The position numbers and the translations under genes are program-made. From Minisyncoccota bacterium (GTDB lineage: Bacteria > Patescibacteriota > Minisyncoccia > UBA6257 > GWB1-50-10): a stretch of 64,000 nucleotides of DNA. Below are positions 47,011-57,587 of this stretch, one piece after another (position 1 is the first letter of the stretch; each line of letters starts with the position of its first letter). Below the pieces are notes generated by a model. The model was not told the origin of the DNA and ran no database searches. It worked only from the letters and a program-made list of their open reading frames with translations. Location of the stretch: the NCBI GenBank assembly GCA_041917695.1, contig JAYRXE010000037.1, forward strand, positions 434,582 to 498,581. The letters are read 5' to 3'.

Positions 47011-50000
47011 TTAATTGGCGGGAACGTCAACTTTAGCCGGCTCTCCTGCAGCTTCCTCGGGCGGAACCGGAACTTCATACACGCGCTTCACAAAGCCCTC
47101 GTCGAACCCGCGGATGCCGGTACCGGCGGGGACAAGCTTGCCGATGATGACGTTCTCCTTGAGACCGTTCAAATTGTCGATTTTGCGCTGTACGGCGGCA
47201 TTCACGAGGACCCGGCTCGTTTCCTGGAAGGACGCCGCCGAGAGGAAGCTGTCCGAGGTGAGCGAAACGCGGGTGATACCCATCACGCGCACCACGGCTT
47301 TCGCCGGCTGTTTCTTCTTTGCGCGCATCGCGCGGTTCACCGCCATGAACTTCGGACGCTCGACGATCTCGTCGACGATAAAGTCGGTGTCGCCCGAATC
47401 CTTGATAACGACCCGCGAGAACATTTGGCGCACCATAATCTCGACGTATTTATCGCTGATCGTCGTACCTTGCGGAACGTACACTTTCTGGACTTCGTCG
47501 ATAATGTAGCGCTCGGCGGCTTCAAGTCCGCGGTACACGAGCACTTCGCGGATATCGAGCGGGCCTTCCGAAAGCTGGTCGCCCTTCTTCACGGTATCTC
47601 CCTCCTTTACGAAGACCATCGCATAGAGCGGCACCACGTATTCCACGATGCCGTCTTTCGCGCTCTTGCGCTTCGTCGTCTTTGCGGCTTTTTTGAGCGA
47701 GCGCACGGAAATGACTTTGGACAATCCGCGCTCCTCGATCGCCGAGACGACGCCTTCTTCCTTCGCGAGCGGCGCCTTGCCCTTCGGCGGGCGGACTTCG
47801 AAGATTTCCTCGATACGGGGCAAACCGTGCGTGATATCGATACCCGCGATACCGCCGATGTGGAAGGTGCGCATGGTGAGCTGGGTACCCGGTTCGCCGA
47901 TGGACTGCGCGGCGATGATACCTACCGATTCGCCGATATCAACGGGCTTGTTGCGCGAGAGATCAAGGCCGAAACACTTTGCGCAAATGCCGGTATCAGC
48001 CTTGCAGCGGACCGGCGAGAAAACGCGGAGCGAGGCAATGTCGGATTTCTCAATCGCTTCGGCTTCCGCACGGCCGATGATGTTCCCCTTCTTCACGACG
48101 ACCTTGCGGTCGATGCGGATTTCCTGTGCTGACGTTCGGCCGAAAATGCGGTCGCTGAACTTGTACCCGAACTTCTCGCCGTCGCCGCGGGGCACTTCAA
48201 AGCCCTCGTCGTCCGAACAGCTCTCCTCGCGGATAATGAGGTCCTGCGAAACGTCGACGAGACGGCGGGTGAGATACCCGGCGGTCGCCGTCTTCAAAGC
48301 GGTGTCGGTGGAACCTTTGCGGGCACCGTGCGTCGAAATGAAGTATTCAAGGATACCCAACCCTTCCTTATAGGAAGACTTGATCGGCAGTTCGATGGTG
48401 TCGCCGGTCGAGCCCTGCACGAGTCCCTTCATGCCCATCATCTGGATAGGCTGGAGCCACGAACCGCGGCTTCCGGAATCGAAGATGGAGAAAATCGGAT
48501 TTTGGGAATCGAAGGCCTGCGGAATAAGCTTTGCAATCTTATCGCGGGCGTCGTTCCACACTTCGATGCTTTTTTCTTTCCGCTCGCTTTCCGTCAGAAG
48601 ACCCTCTTCATACTGCGAGTCGATAATGTCGATGCGCGCTTCGCTTTCTTTCACGATTGCGCCTTTTTCCTTCGGAATGATGGTATCGGCCGTGGACCAG
48701 GTAACGCCGGAGATGGTGGCGTAGGCGAAACCGAGGTTCTTGATGCCGTCAAGATACTCCATGGCCTCCTTGATGCCGACGAGTTCGATGATTTCGCTGA
48801 TGAGGCGCGAAAACGCCTTCTTGCCGACCAGTTCGTTCACGAAACGGAAATTTTCCGGAAGGACACTGTTGAAAATGATGCGGCCGTAGGTGGTTTCTTT
48901 GATCTCGCCTTCAAATTCGATTTTCACAAGCGCGTTCAAATCGAGCACGCCCTCTTCATGGGCGATAAGCGCCTCGCGGACAGACGAAAAGACTTTCCCT
49001 TCGCCGGTGGCGCCCGGAACAACCTTCGTGAGGAAGTACGAACCCAATACCATGTCCTGGGTCGGGCGCGTAATCGGCTCGCCGTTTGCCGGCTTCAGGA
49101 GGTTCGTGCCGGAGTTCATAAGCGTCTTCGCTTCATACTGCGCCTCGTCGGTGAGCGGAAGGTGGACGGCCATCTGGTCACCGTCGAAGTCGGCGTTGAA
49201 GGCCTCGCAGACGAGCGGCGGGATGCGGATGCACAGGTCTTCGATGAGAAGCGGGCGGAACGCCTGGATGCCCAAGCGGTGCAGGGTCGGCGCGCGGTTC
49301 AAAAGCACGCGCTTGTCCTGGATGACCTCTTCGAGGATCGCCCACACTTCGGGACTGCGCTGTTCGATGAAGCGGTTTGCCTGCTTCATGTTGTACGCAT
49401 ACTCCCGTTCGATGACTTTGTTGATGACGAAGTGGCGGAAGAGCTCGAGCGCAAGCTCCTTCGGCAAACCGCATTCGTCGAGTTTCAAATCCGGGCCGAC
49501 CACGATGACGGAACGGCCGGAATAGTCGACGCGCTTGCCGAGCAGGTTCTGCCGGAACCGGCCCTGCTTGCCTTTCAACATGTCCGCGAGCGAGCGGAGC
49601 GGGCGGCGGCGGGACGAGAGCAACTGGACACCCATGCGCTGCGAATTATCAATCAATGCATCCACGGCCTCCTGCAACATGCGCTTTTCGTTCGTGATGA
49701 TGACTTCCGGTGATTTCAGCTCAATGAGCTTCTTCAAGCGGTTATTGCGGTTGATGACGCGGCGGTACAAATCGTTCAAGTCGGCCGTCGCATAACGCCC
49801 GCCGTCCAAGGCAACCATCGGGCGAAGCTCCGGCGGCAATACCGGCAAATTCGTCATAATCATCCACTCGGGGCGGACTCCCCCCTTCATCAGCGCCTTC
49901 ACGAGCTGGAGGCGGCGGAGCAAGCGCTTTTCACGGCTTGCATCGCGGACGGTTTCCAAGTCCTTCTTCACCTCGACGGCGATCTTCTTCAAATCAAGCC

Positions 50001-50670
50001 GTTCTAAGATCTTCCGGATGGCGCCGGCGCCGCGGTCGGCTTCAAACACGTCGCCAAACTGCTCGGAGAGCATGTAGTACTCCGATTCGGTAAGGATAAG
50101 GCCGGGCTGGAGTGTCTGCAGGACTTCCTTGATGCGCTTCTGCCGCTCCTTCAGCTCCTTCGCGGAAACGTCTTTCATTTCCTTCGAATCGGAAAGCGAT
50201 TTGAATTCGGAATCGAGCATCGAGATCGTGCGCTTGCGGTTCTCTTCGTCCACCGCCGTCACGATGAAGGCCGCGTAATAGATGACCTTCTCAAGTTTGG
50301 AAACGGAAATATTCAAAAGCAGGCCGAGTTTGGACGGCACGTTTCGCAAAAACCAAATGTGGGCGACCGGCGCAGCAAGAGCGATGTGGCCCATGCGCTC
50401 GCGGCGGACGATGGCGCGCGTCACTTCGACGCCGCATTTCTCGCAGACCACGCCCTTGAAACGGATCTTCTTGTATTTTCCGCAATAGCACTCGTAATCC
50501 TTCGTCGGTCCGAAAATGCGCTCAGAAAAGAGCCCGTCTTTTTCCGGACGCTGGGTGCGATAGTTTAACGTCTCCGGCTTCAAAACCTCGCCGTACGACC
50601 ATGCCAAAATTTCCTCCGGACTCGCCACCGAAATCGAAAGGGACTTTACGTTCACGTCTTTATTGTTCAT
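47011..50670 (-). CDS. rpoC: DNA-directed RNA polymerase subunit beta'
   Basis: A zinc finger (CYCGKYKKIRFKGVVCEKCG), the catalytic motif NADFDGDQMAVHLP, and the trigger loop and bridge helix regions. Confidence 0.98.
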   Translation of the reverse strand: MNNKDVNVKSLSISVASPEEILAWSYGEVLKPETLNYRTQRPEKDGLFSERIFGPTKDYECYCGKYKKIRFKGVVCEKCGVEVTRAIVRRERMGHIALAAPVAHIWFLRNVPSKLGLLLNISVSKLEKVIYYAAFIVTAVDEENRKRTISMLDSEFKSLSDSKEMKDVSAKELKERQKRIKEVLQTLQPGLILTESEYYMLSEQFGDVFEADRGAGAIRKILERLDLKKIAVEVKKDLETVRDASREKRLLRRLQLVKALMKGGVRPEWMIMTNLPVLPPELRPMVALDGGRYATADLNDLYRRVINRNNRLKKLIELKSPEVIITNEKRMLQEAVDALIDNSQRMGVQLLSSRRRPLRSLADMLKGKQGRFRQNLLGKRVDYSGRSVIVVGPDLKLDECGLPKELALELFRHFVINKVIEREYAYNMKQANRFIEQRSPEVWAILEEVIQDKRVLLNRAPTLHRLGIQAFRPLLIEDLCIRIPPLVCEAFNADFDGDQMAVHLPLTDEAQYEAKTLMNSGTNLLKPANGEPITRPTQDMVLGSYFLTKVVPGATGEGKVFSSVREALIAHEEGVLDLNALVKIEFEGEIKETTYGRIIFNSVLPENFRFVNELVGKKAFSRLISEIIELVGIKEAMEYLDGIKNLGFAYATISGVTWSTADTIIPKEKGAIVKESEARIDIIDSQYEEGLLTESERKEKSIEVWNDARDKIAKLIPQAFDSQNPIFSIFDSGSRGSWLQPIQMMGMKGLVQGSTGDTIELPIKSSYKEGLGILEYFISTHGARKGSTDTALKTATAGYLTRRLVDVSQDLIIREESCSDDEGFEVPRGDGEKFGYKFSDRIFGRTSAQEIRIDRKVVVKKGNIIGRAEAEAIEKSDIASLRVFSPVRCKADTGICAKCFGLDLSRNKPVDIGESVGIIAAQSIGEPGTQLTMRTFHIGGIAGIDITHGLPRIEEIFEVRPPKGKAPLAKEEGVVSAIEERGLSKVISVRSLKKAAKTTKRKSAKDGIVEYVVPLYAMVFVKEGDTVKKGDQLSEGPLDIREVLVYRGLEAAERYIIDEVQKVYVPQGTTISDKYVEIMVRQMFSRVVIKDSGDTDFIVDEIVERPKFMAVNRAMRAKKKQPAKAVVRVMGITRVSLTSDSFLSAASFQETSRVLVNAAVQRKIDNLNGLKENVIIGKLVPAGTGIRGFDEGFVKRVYEVPVPPEEAAGEPAKVDVPAN

Positions 50671-50685
50671 ATGCGTGGAATATAT

Positions 50686-53600
50686 TTAGGCTTCCGTTTT
50701 TTCGTCCGATTTCGACTCATCGGCCCTCTTTTCATAGTCATAGGTGACATTCAATCCCAGTGATTTCAATTCGGCGAGCAACACATTGAACGAAGCGGGA
50801 AGATTCGGCTTCTTGATTTCCTGCCCGCGAATGATCGCTTCAAACGCGGCGGAGCGGCCAACCACGTCGTCCGATTTGATGGTGAGCATTTCCTGGAGCG
50901 TATGCGACGCGCCATAGCCTTCAAGCGCCCACACCTCCATTTCTCCGAACCGCTGTCCGCCGAGCTGGGCCTTGCCTCCCAACGGCTGCTGGGTGATGAG
51001 GCTGTAGGGGCCCGTCGAACGCATGTGAATCTTGTCTTCAACCAAGTGGTTCAGCTTCATCATATAGATGTATCCAACCGTCACCGGTTTCGGGAACGCC
51101 TTGCCGGTGAGGCCGTTATAGACGGTCAGCTTTCCGTCGCGCGGGAATCCCGCGCTTTCAAGCTCGCTCTCGACATCTTCCTGCTTCGCGCCGACGAAGT
51201 TCGGCACAATGGCGCGGAAGCCGAGTTTCGAGGCAGCAAGCCCGAGGTGGGTTTCAAAAATCTGGCCGAGGTTCATACGGCTTGCGACGCCGAGCGGATT
51301 CAAAACAATATCCACGGGCGTGCCGTCGGCCAAAAAGGGCATGTCCTCGACGGGGCGCACCTGTGAGATGACGCCCTTGTTCCCGTAGCGTCCTGCGAGC
51401 TTGTCGCCGGCGCGGATTTTCCGGAGCTGGGCGACTTCGATCTGGATTTTCTTGATGATACCCGGATCGAGCTTGTCTCCGCGGTCGCGTGAAAAGACTT
51501 TGATGCCGATGACGCGCCCCTGCTTGCCGTGCGGCAAGACGAGCGACGTATCTTTCACGTCACGGGCCTTCTCGCCGAAAATGGCGCGGAGCAGGCGCTC
51601 TTCGGCCGTAAGTTCGGATTCGCCTTTCGGGGAGATTTTACCGACCAGAATATCGCCGTCGCGGACTTCGGCGCCAATGCGGATGATGCCTTCCTCATCG
51701 AGGTTGCGGAGCTTGTCTTCGGAAACGTTCGGGATGTCCGGCGTCGTCATTTCGGGCCCGAGCTTCGTATCGCGAACCTGGCAGATGAACGTTTCGATAT
51801 GGACGGACGTGAAGACGTCCTCGCGCGCGACGCGCTCGGAAAGGATGATGGCGTCTTCAAAGTTGCCGCCGTGCCACGGCAGGAATGCGACGAGCAAGTT
51901 CTTGCCCAAGCTCAGCACGCCGCCCGCAGTAGCGGAACCGTCGGCCAAAACGCTCCCCTTCTTCACCTTGTCGCCGAGGCTCACCAGCGGACGCTGGGAA
52001 AGGCAGGTCGACTGGTTTGACCGCTTGAATTTTGAAAGCGAATAGACTTTCGTTCCGCTTTCGGTCTTCACCGAGATGGACTGCCCGTCCACTTCCGAAA
52101 CGGTGCCGGCAACGTCGGAAACCAAGACCTGCGCAGAATCCTGCGCGGCTTTGTCTTCGTGTCCCGTGCCGACGAGCGGCGGTTCGGGAAGGATGGGGGG
52201 AACGGCCTGGCGCTGCATGTTCGAAGCCATAAGCACGCGGTTTGCGTCGTTGTGTCCCAAAAACGGCACGAGCGATGCGGAAACCGAAACCGACTGGCTG
52301 GGCGTCACGTCCATATAATGGACATCGTTCCGGTCGCAAAGCGCCGGCTCACCCTTCATGCGGACCGTCACGCGCTCGTTCGTGATTTCAAACTTTTCAT
52401 TGAGCGGGCTGTCGGACTGGGCGATGTTGTATTGCTGCTCTTCAAAAGCATCGAGCCACACCAATTCCTTCGTCACCACGCCTTTCACCACTTTGAAATA
52501 CGGCGCTTCGAGGAATCCGAATTCATTCACGCGGGCATTCGACGCCAAATAGTTCACGAGACCGATGGACGAACCTTCAGGGGTTTGAATGGGGCAGATG
52601 CGTCCGTAGTACGAACTGTGCACGTCGCGCACCTCAAAACCGGCGCGCTCGCGCGTAAGACCGCCGGGACCCATCGTCGAAAGGCGGCGCTTGTGCTCGA
52701 GTTCCGCCAACGGATTCACCTGGTCCATGAACTGCGAAAGCTGGGACGACGAGAAGAAGTCGCGAACGACCGAGGTCAGGAGCTTATAGTTCACGAGCTG
52801 TACCGGCTGGAGAGACGAACGGTCGAACATGGACATGCGGTCCTGAACGCCGCGGCGGAGGCGCGCAAAACCGACGCGGAGCTTCAGCTGGACCAGCTCG
52901 CCGACCGCACGGATTCTGCGATTCCCCAAATGGTCGATATCGTCCGGAAGCGAGCCCGGCGTGTTGTTCATCCGGATCATTTCGGTAACGATGCGGACGA
53001 GGTCGTCCTTCACGAGCAGGCCTTCCGCCTTCGATTTCTTGCTGTCGATATTGAGCCGCTGGTTCGCCTTATACCGTCCCACGCGGGAGAGGTCGTAGCG
53101 GTCGAAGCGGAAAAACATCGGGTCGATGATGGTACGCGCCGACTCGACGGTCACGAGGTCGCCCGGGCGGAGGCGTTTGTGGATCTCGAGATATGAATCC
53201 TCAAGCGTCTGCGCGTCGTCCTTTTTCAAAGTCGCCTCGATATACTTCACCTCGCCGGTATCCACGTCTTCAAACGCCTTCGCAATTTCTTCGTTCGAAC
53301 CGAAACCGAAAATACGCAAGAGCTGCGTTACGGGCGCCTTGCGCTTCCGGTCAATCTTCACATTGATGGACCCGTCGGGATCCGTTTCGAATTCGAGCCA
53401 TACGCCGCGGTTCGGGATGACTTTCGCCCCGAAGAGTTTCCTTCCGCGATACAGGTGTTCCGTGAAATACACGCCGGGACTGCGGATAAGCTGCAAAATA
53501 ACGACGCGCTCGACGCCGTTTATGATGAACGTCCCGCGCTCGGTCATCATGGGGAAGTCCCCCAGGTACACCTCCTGCACTTTGGACTGCTTCGTCTCGT

Positions 53601-53892
53601 TCATGACGAGCTTCAAATTCACCCGAAGCGCCGCTTCGTAGGTCTGGTCCTTTTCCTTCGATTGCGCTTCGGAATACTTCGGCGCATCGAATTTATAATC
53701 GAGGAAATGCAGTTCAAGCTCCTTTCCAGTGTGGTCGGTGATGGGTGAAATCTCGTCAAAAAGCTCGCGAAGCCCCTTCTTCATGAACCAATCGAAGGAC
53801 GCGAGCTGTATTTCTATGAAATTGGACTGCGTGTGGGAATGACCTTTATAGGAGGTGAACGTTTTTGTGGCGCGCGGGACGGATGAAAGCAT
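50686..53892 (-). CDS. rpoB: DNA-directed RNA polymerase subunit beta
   Basis: Rif-region motifs, the GEMEVWALEGYGA motif, and 1068 aa full length. Confidence 0.98.
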   Translation of the reverse strand: MLSSVPRATKTFTSYKGHSHTQSNFIEIQLASFDWFMKKGLRELFDEISPITDHTGKELELHFLDYKFDAPKYSEAQSKEKDQTYEAALRVNLKLVMNETKQSKVQEVYLGDFPMMTERGTFIINGVERVVILQLIRSPGVYFTEHLYRGRKLFGAKVIPNRGVWLEFETDPDGSINVKIDRKRKAPVTQLLRIFGFGSNEEIAKAFEDVDTGEVKYIEATLKKDDAQTLEDSYLEIHKRLRPGDLVTVESARTIIDPMFFRFDRYDLSRVGRYKANQRLNIDSKKSKAEGLLVKDDLVRIVTEMIRMNNTPGSLPDDIDHLGNRRIRAVGELVQLKLRVGFARLRRGVQDRMSMFDRSSLQPVQLVNYKLLTSVVRDFFSSSQLSQFMDQVNPLAELEHKRRLSTMGPGGLTRERAGFEVRDVHSSYYGRICPIQTPEGSSIGLVNYLASNARVNEFGFLEAPYFKVVKGVVTKELVWLDAFEEQQYNIAQSDSPLNEKFEITNERVTVRMKGEPALCDRNDVHYMDVTPSQSVSVSASLVPFLGHNDANRVLMASNMQRQAVPPILPEPPLVGTGHEDKAAQDSAQVLVSDVAGTVSEVDGQSISVKTESGTKVYSLSKFKRSNQSTCLSQRPLVSLGDKVKKGSVLADGSATAGGVLSLGKNLLVAFLPWHGGNFEDAIILSERVAREDVFTSVHIETFICQVRDTKLGPEMTTPDIPNVSEDKLRNLDEEGIIRIGAEVRDGDILVGKISPKGESELTAEERLLRAIFGEKARDVKDTSLVLPHGKQGRVIGIKVFSRDRGDKLDPGIIKKIQIEVAQLRKIRAGDKLAGRYGNKGVISQVRPVEDMPFLADGTPVDIVLNPLGVASRMNLGQIFETHLGLAASKLGFRAIVPNFVGAKQEDVESELESAGFPRDGKLTVYNGLTGKAFPKPVTVGYIYMMKLNHLVEDKIHMRSTGPYSLITQQPLGGKAQLGGQRFGEMEVWALEGYGASHTLQEMLTIKSDDVVGRSAAFEAIIRGQEIKKPNLPASFNVLLAELKSLGLNVTYDYEKRADESKSDEKTEA

Positions 53893-53910
53893 GGATGAGG
53901 AATGTTGTTT

Positions 53911-54939
53911 TTATATCGACAAATATTTTTTTCTTTTCTCGTTGTGCTCCTGGAGATTCCGGGAGAAGAAGGTCTCCTGAGTTTCCGGCGAGGAAAGGTA
54001 ATAGAGATAGGGGCTGACTTTGGGGGTGCGGGCGGCGCGGATGGCAGCTTCGCCGGGGTTCGCTATCGGCGTCGGCGTCCAGCCCGTCCGCTTGTAGGTG
54101 TTGTACGGAGAGGCCATTGCGGTATCGCTCCTTAATACGCGGATTTCGGCACATCCGCGGATTTTCCCGTCGCATTTCGCATACGAGAGCGTGGCGTCCA
54201 CCTGGAGGGGCATGGAAAGCGAGATGCGCTTCCAGAGGATACCCGCGACCAGTTGGCGGTTCTCGAACTCCGGGACTTCGCGTTCGAGATACGAGGCGAG
54301 GATCAAGGTCTCATACCAGTCCTTCCGGTCGGCGAGGAGCGGCCAGGCGCGCTTCTCGAAAACGTTCAGCATCTTCCGCACCACCTCTTCGGGAGCCGAG
54401 TTCTTTTCGAAGTAGTAGGTTTCGGGAAAAAGAAACCCTTCGAGCGAATCGGCGTGCGCGAGGAACGGGTACGCGACGCGAAGTCCTTCGAACTCGTATT
54501 CTTCAAGCGCGTTCTCCCGTTCAAGCACGCCGGACTCGACCAAAAGCGATTCGATGTCCTTCAGGGTGGATCCTTCGGGAATGGTGACGAGCACGTCATT
54601 GCGCTTCGTCGACGTGATCTCCGCCATGATCTGTGGCAAGGTCATCGCGCTCGAAAACTCGTACGTTCCCGGCTGGATATTTTGCGCGCGACCCGTAAGG
54701 AGCGCATACATTTTAAAAACAGCAATCGATTTGATGAGCGACTCCTGCGAAAGGCGCGCACCGATATCTTTGAAGCTTTCCCCTCTCTCTATTACGAACT
54801 GCTTCTTCTCCGTCATCCCGTCCACCGGCTGCAGCCCGTAGAAAAAATAGGCCGCGGAAAAAATGAAGAACAGGAGGACCCCCAATCCTATGAGGACGGA
54901 AAAGTTAACTACCTCACGTGTGTCATACTGAGGATTCAA
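53911..54939 (-). CDS. mltG: Endolytic murein transglycosylase MltG (YceG family)
   Basis: An N-terminal TM anchor and a YceG domain with GLPPTPIANPG-like TGWTPTPIANPG. Confidence 0.85.
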   Translation of the reverse strand: MNPQYDTREVVNFSVLIGLGVLLFFIFSAAYFFYGLQPVDGMTEKKQFVIERGESFKDIGARLSQESLIKSIAVFKMYALLTGRAQNIQPGTYEFSSAMTLPQIMAEITSTKRNDVLVTIPEGSTLKDIESLLVESGVLERENALEEYEFEGLRVAYPFLAHADSLEGFLFPETYYFEKNSAPEEVVRKMLNVFEKRAWPLLADRKDWYETLILASYLEREVPEFENRQLVAGILWKRISLSMPLQVDATLSYAKCDGKIRGCAEIRVLRSDTAMASPYNTYKRTGWTPTPIANPGEAAIRAARTPKVSPYLYYLSSPETQETFFSRNLQEHNEKRKKYLSI

Positions 54940-55999
54940 GCTTCGTGGAGTGAATTATACTCACTAGAAGCGCTGTGGTCAAGAGGCTGGACCCGCCGTA
55001 GCTCATAAAGGGAAGGGTGATTCCCGTCACGGGCACGAGTCCAAGGTTTGAGCCCATATTTATCAATAAATGGACGGAAAAGACGATAATTCCGCCGAGG
55101 ACTATGAATTTTGAATAATTGTCCCGCGCTCGGGCGCCGATGGCGGTAAAACGCCAGAGGATAAGGAAATACGCCAGGATAAGAAGCGCTCCGCCGACAA
55201 TCCCCCACTCCTCCACAAATGACGCGAAGATAAAATCAGTTTCGGCTTCGGGAAGGAAGTTCAGATGGGTTTGCGTTCCGCCCTTGAAGCCCTTGCCCAA
55301 AAACCCGGCCGAGCCGATGGCGATTTTTGACTGGATGACGTTGTAGTTGATTCCCAACGGATCGCGCTCGGGGAAAATAAACGCCGTGATGCGGTCCTTC
55401 TGATAATCCTTCAAGACGAATGTCCACACGAGCACCGCGCCAAGAAGCGCTGCCAAAAGTCCCATAAGAAACCGTTTCACGTGAATGCCGCTCATCAAAA
55501 GAAAACCTCCCCAGATGGAAAAGACGACGACCGCCGAACCGAGGTCGGGATGCGCGGCGACCAAGAGCCCCGGCACGGCGACGAGAAAAAACGAGGTGGC
55601 GATGTTCCGCCCCTGCCATGCGGCAACGTGGCGCTTCGAAAAGAATGCCGCGAGCACCAGGATAAGCCCCAGCTTCATGAGCTCCACCGGTTCGAACTGG
55701 AACCCGCCTATCGTAATCCACGCCTTCGTACCGCGCACCGTGCCGGGTTGGATATAGGAAAAAACCAGCAGAATTAGCGCGACCGCATACACCCCCCGCG
55801 AAAACCAGCGTTGGGACGAAAGCCATTTCCAATCGATGACGAAGCCGAGTATGAACACGAGGAGGGCGGCGCCCCACCACATGAGCTGGCGCCAAAAAAA
55901 ATCCATTGAAAGGCTCGCGAGCGTCAGCATGCTCATCGCGGCGATAAAGGCCACACTCGTGAGCATCACCCAGTCGGCATTTTGTCCGCGGATATTCAT
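54923..55999 (-). CDS. SEDS-family peptidoglycan glycosyltransferase (FtsW/RodA)
   Basis: Ten TM helices and SEDS motifs (PDLGSAVV and ETDFIFA). Confidence 0.9.
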   Translation of the reverse strand: MNIRGQNADWVMLTSVAFIAAMSMLTLASLSMDFFWRQLMWWGAALLVFILGFVIDWKWLSSQRWFSRGVYAVALILLVFSYIQPGTVRGTKAWITIGGFQFEPVELMKLGLILVLAAFFSKRHVAAWQGRNIATSFFLVAVPGLLVAAHPDLGSAVVVFSIWGGFLLMSGIHVKRFLMGLLAALLGAVLVWTFVLKDYQKDRITAFIFPERDPLGINYNVIQSKIAIGSAGFLGKGFKGGTQTHLNFLPEAETDFIFASFVEEWGIVGGALLILAYFLILWRFTAIGARARDNYSKFIVLGGIIVFSVHLLINMGSNLGLVPVTGITLPFMSYGGSSLLTTALLVSIIHSTKLESSV

Positions 56000-56002
56000 A
56001 CC

Positions 56003-56776
56003 CTACTCAGCCTCTATCCACACGTTCGATTTTTTCGCGTCAAAGGCGGATTCAAGCGCGGCGTCGCTCGGAAACGCGACGATAAAATCTCGTTCGCCCG
56101 CGGTTTTCATTCCCGAGAGCGTCGTCTCCGCTACGAAGAGTTCCTTGCCGAACGCGTCAAAAAGGGACGCCACCACGCGCACGGATGAAACGGGACCTCC
56201 GCCTTCGTTTTTGAGCGTACCGCTTACGCGAATCCCCCGTTCGGTGAGTTCGGTCGCGATACCCCCCGAAAGCGCGACATCCGGGCGGAGGGCGGAAAAT
56301 GATTTCTCCCACGCCGGTTCGCCGATAACAACTTTTATTTCGCTGACGAGGTTTTGCGCAACGGTAACGCCGCTTTTAATAAGACGCGTCTTCCCGCCCG
56401 GGGCAACCGACGCCGTCCCTTCGAGGGTTTGTATCTTTTGTCCGTCTGCGTTGTAAAACTCGATGGCATAGGGAAAGCGCGCGCTGAATTGGGCGTTCGG
56501 ATTTGTTACTTCCGCAGAGACCTCCGGCGTGATGGCGCCGATGGAAAACACCTTCGGTTCGCGCGACACGCGGAGCGGCTCGAGGGAAAGCACGTCGCAC
56601 GCCTCGCACGTTCCTCCGCAATCGACGTCTTCCTCATCCTGATTCTTCACGCCATCGAAACAGCTTGGGGCAACCTCAAAAAACGGGCGCACAATCGCGT
56701 AAACGATTACCCCCGCAAGAAGCAGAAAAATCACTCCGTACAGCGCCTTTTTTGTTCCGCTATCCATGGCGCGCAA
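56003..56776 (-). CDS. Hypothetical membrane-anchored extracytoplasmic protein
   Basis: An N-terminal TM helix, a CxxCxxC-like cluster (DCGGTCEAC), and a beta-rich body. Its start overlaps the end of tpiA by 17 nt. Confidence 0.5.
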   Translation of the reverse strand: MRAMDSGTKKALYGVIFLLLAGVIVYAIVRPFFEVAPSCFDGVKNQDEEDVDCGGTCEACDVLSLEPLRVSREPKVFSIGAITPEVSAEVTNPNAQFSARFPYAIEFYNADGQKIQTLEGTASVAPGGKTRLIKSGVTVAQNLVSEIKVVIGEPAWEKSFSALRPDVALSGGIATELTERGIRVSGTLKNEGGGPVSSVRVVASLFDAFGKELFVAETTLSGMKTAGERDFIVAFPSDAALESAFDAKKSNVWIEAE

Positions 56777-57527
56777 TTGCTTTTGTGAATGCCGACATTT
56801 TTTTGAGGTCGGACGACGCTCCCCCGACCAGAAGGCCGTCTATCACGGGAAGCGCAAGGTACGCCCCCGCGTTTTTCTCATCAACCGACCCGCCGTATAA
56901 CATCCGGGGAATGGAGAAACCGATTCGCGACATGGCTTCCTTCACATTTAAAATCGTCCACGCGGCAAGCGCCGGACCCATATTCGCGCCGGTACCGATC
57001 GCCCACACCGGCTCATAGGCAACGATAACTTTTTTAAAAAGCTTCGGTGAAACTCCGTGAAGCGACGCGCGCAATTGCTTGGACAAAAAAGAATTCGCCG
57101 CCGCTTCGCCTTTCCTCCGCACGGCGAGGGGCTCGCCGACGCAGAGAATGGCGGTGAGGCCCGCCCCCGCCGCCGCCTCGACTTTCCGGGCAATCTCCAT
57201 ATCCGTTTCCTTAAACACGTTCCGGCGTTCGGAATGCCCCACAATGACGAAACGGGCTCCCGTCTCGGCGAGCATTGCCATGGAAATCCCCCCCGTGAAC
57301 GCCCCGCTCTCCTCCGGGAACCCGTCCTGTGCGCCGAGAACAATCTTTCCCCTTCTTTTCATGAGCGTGCCGAGGAAAAGCGCGGGCGGAGCAACCCACA
57401 TCTCAAACGCGGGGTGTTTTGCAAGCGCGGAGGATGCCGTGCAAAGCTTAAGAGCCTCCCGCTCCGTCCGGGGGTTCATCTTCCAATTGCCGACGATGAG
57501 CTTTTTCATTACGTAAAAAGTATACAA
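56760..57527 (-). CDS. tpiA: Triose-phosphate isomerase
   Basis: GNWKMN near the N-terminus, the catalytic motif VIVGHSERR, and YEPVWAIGTG. Confidence 0.9.
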   Translation of the reverse strand: MYTFYVMKKLIVGNWKMNPRTEREALKLCTASSALAKHPAFEMWVAPPALFLGTLMKRRGKIVLGAQDGFPEESGAFTGGISMAMLAETGARFVIVGHSERRNVFKETDMEIARKVEAAAGAGLTAILCVGEPLAVRRKGEAAANSFLSKQLRASLHGVSPKLFKKVIVAYEPVWAIGTGANMGPALAAWTILNVKEAMSRIGFSIPRMLYGGSVDEKNAGAYLALPVIDGLLVGGASSDLKKMSAFTKAIARHG

Positions 57528-57539
57528 ATAAATCCCCCC

Positions 57540-57587
57540 GCTTAATAGCGGGGGCGGGATAAAAGAAAACCGCCGGGAAATGGCGGT
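57540..57587 (-). terminator. Tandem rho-independent terminators
   Basis: Two hairpins, ccccccgcttaatagcgggggcggg and aaaccgccgggaaatggcggttt, each with a minus-strand T-run. Confidence 0.5.

Noticed and set aside
47015-53748. Numerous plus-strand ORFs inside rpoB and rpoC (for example 48328-49713 and 52159-53196).
   Set aside because: They are antisense to universally conserved, motif-rich genes.
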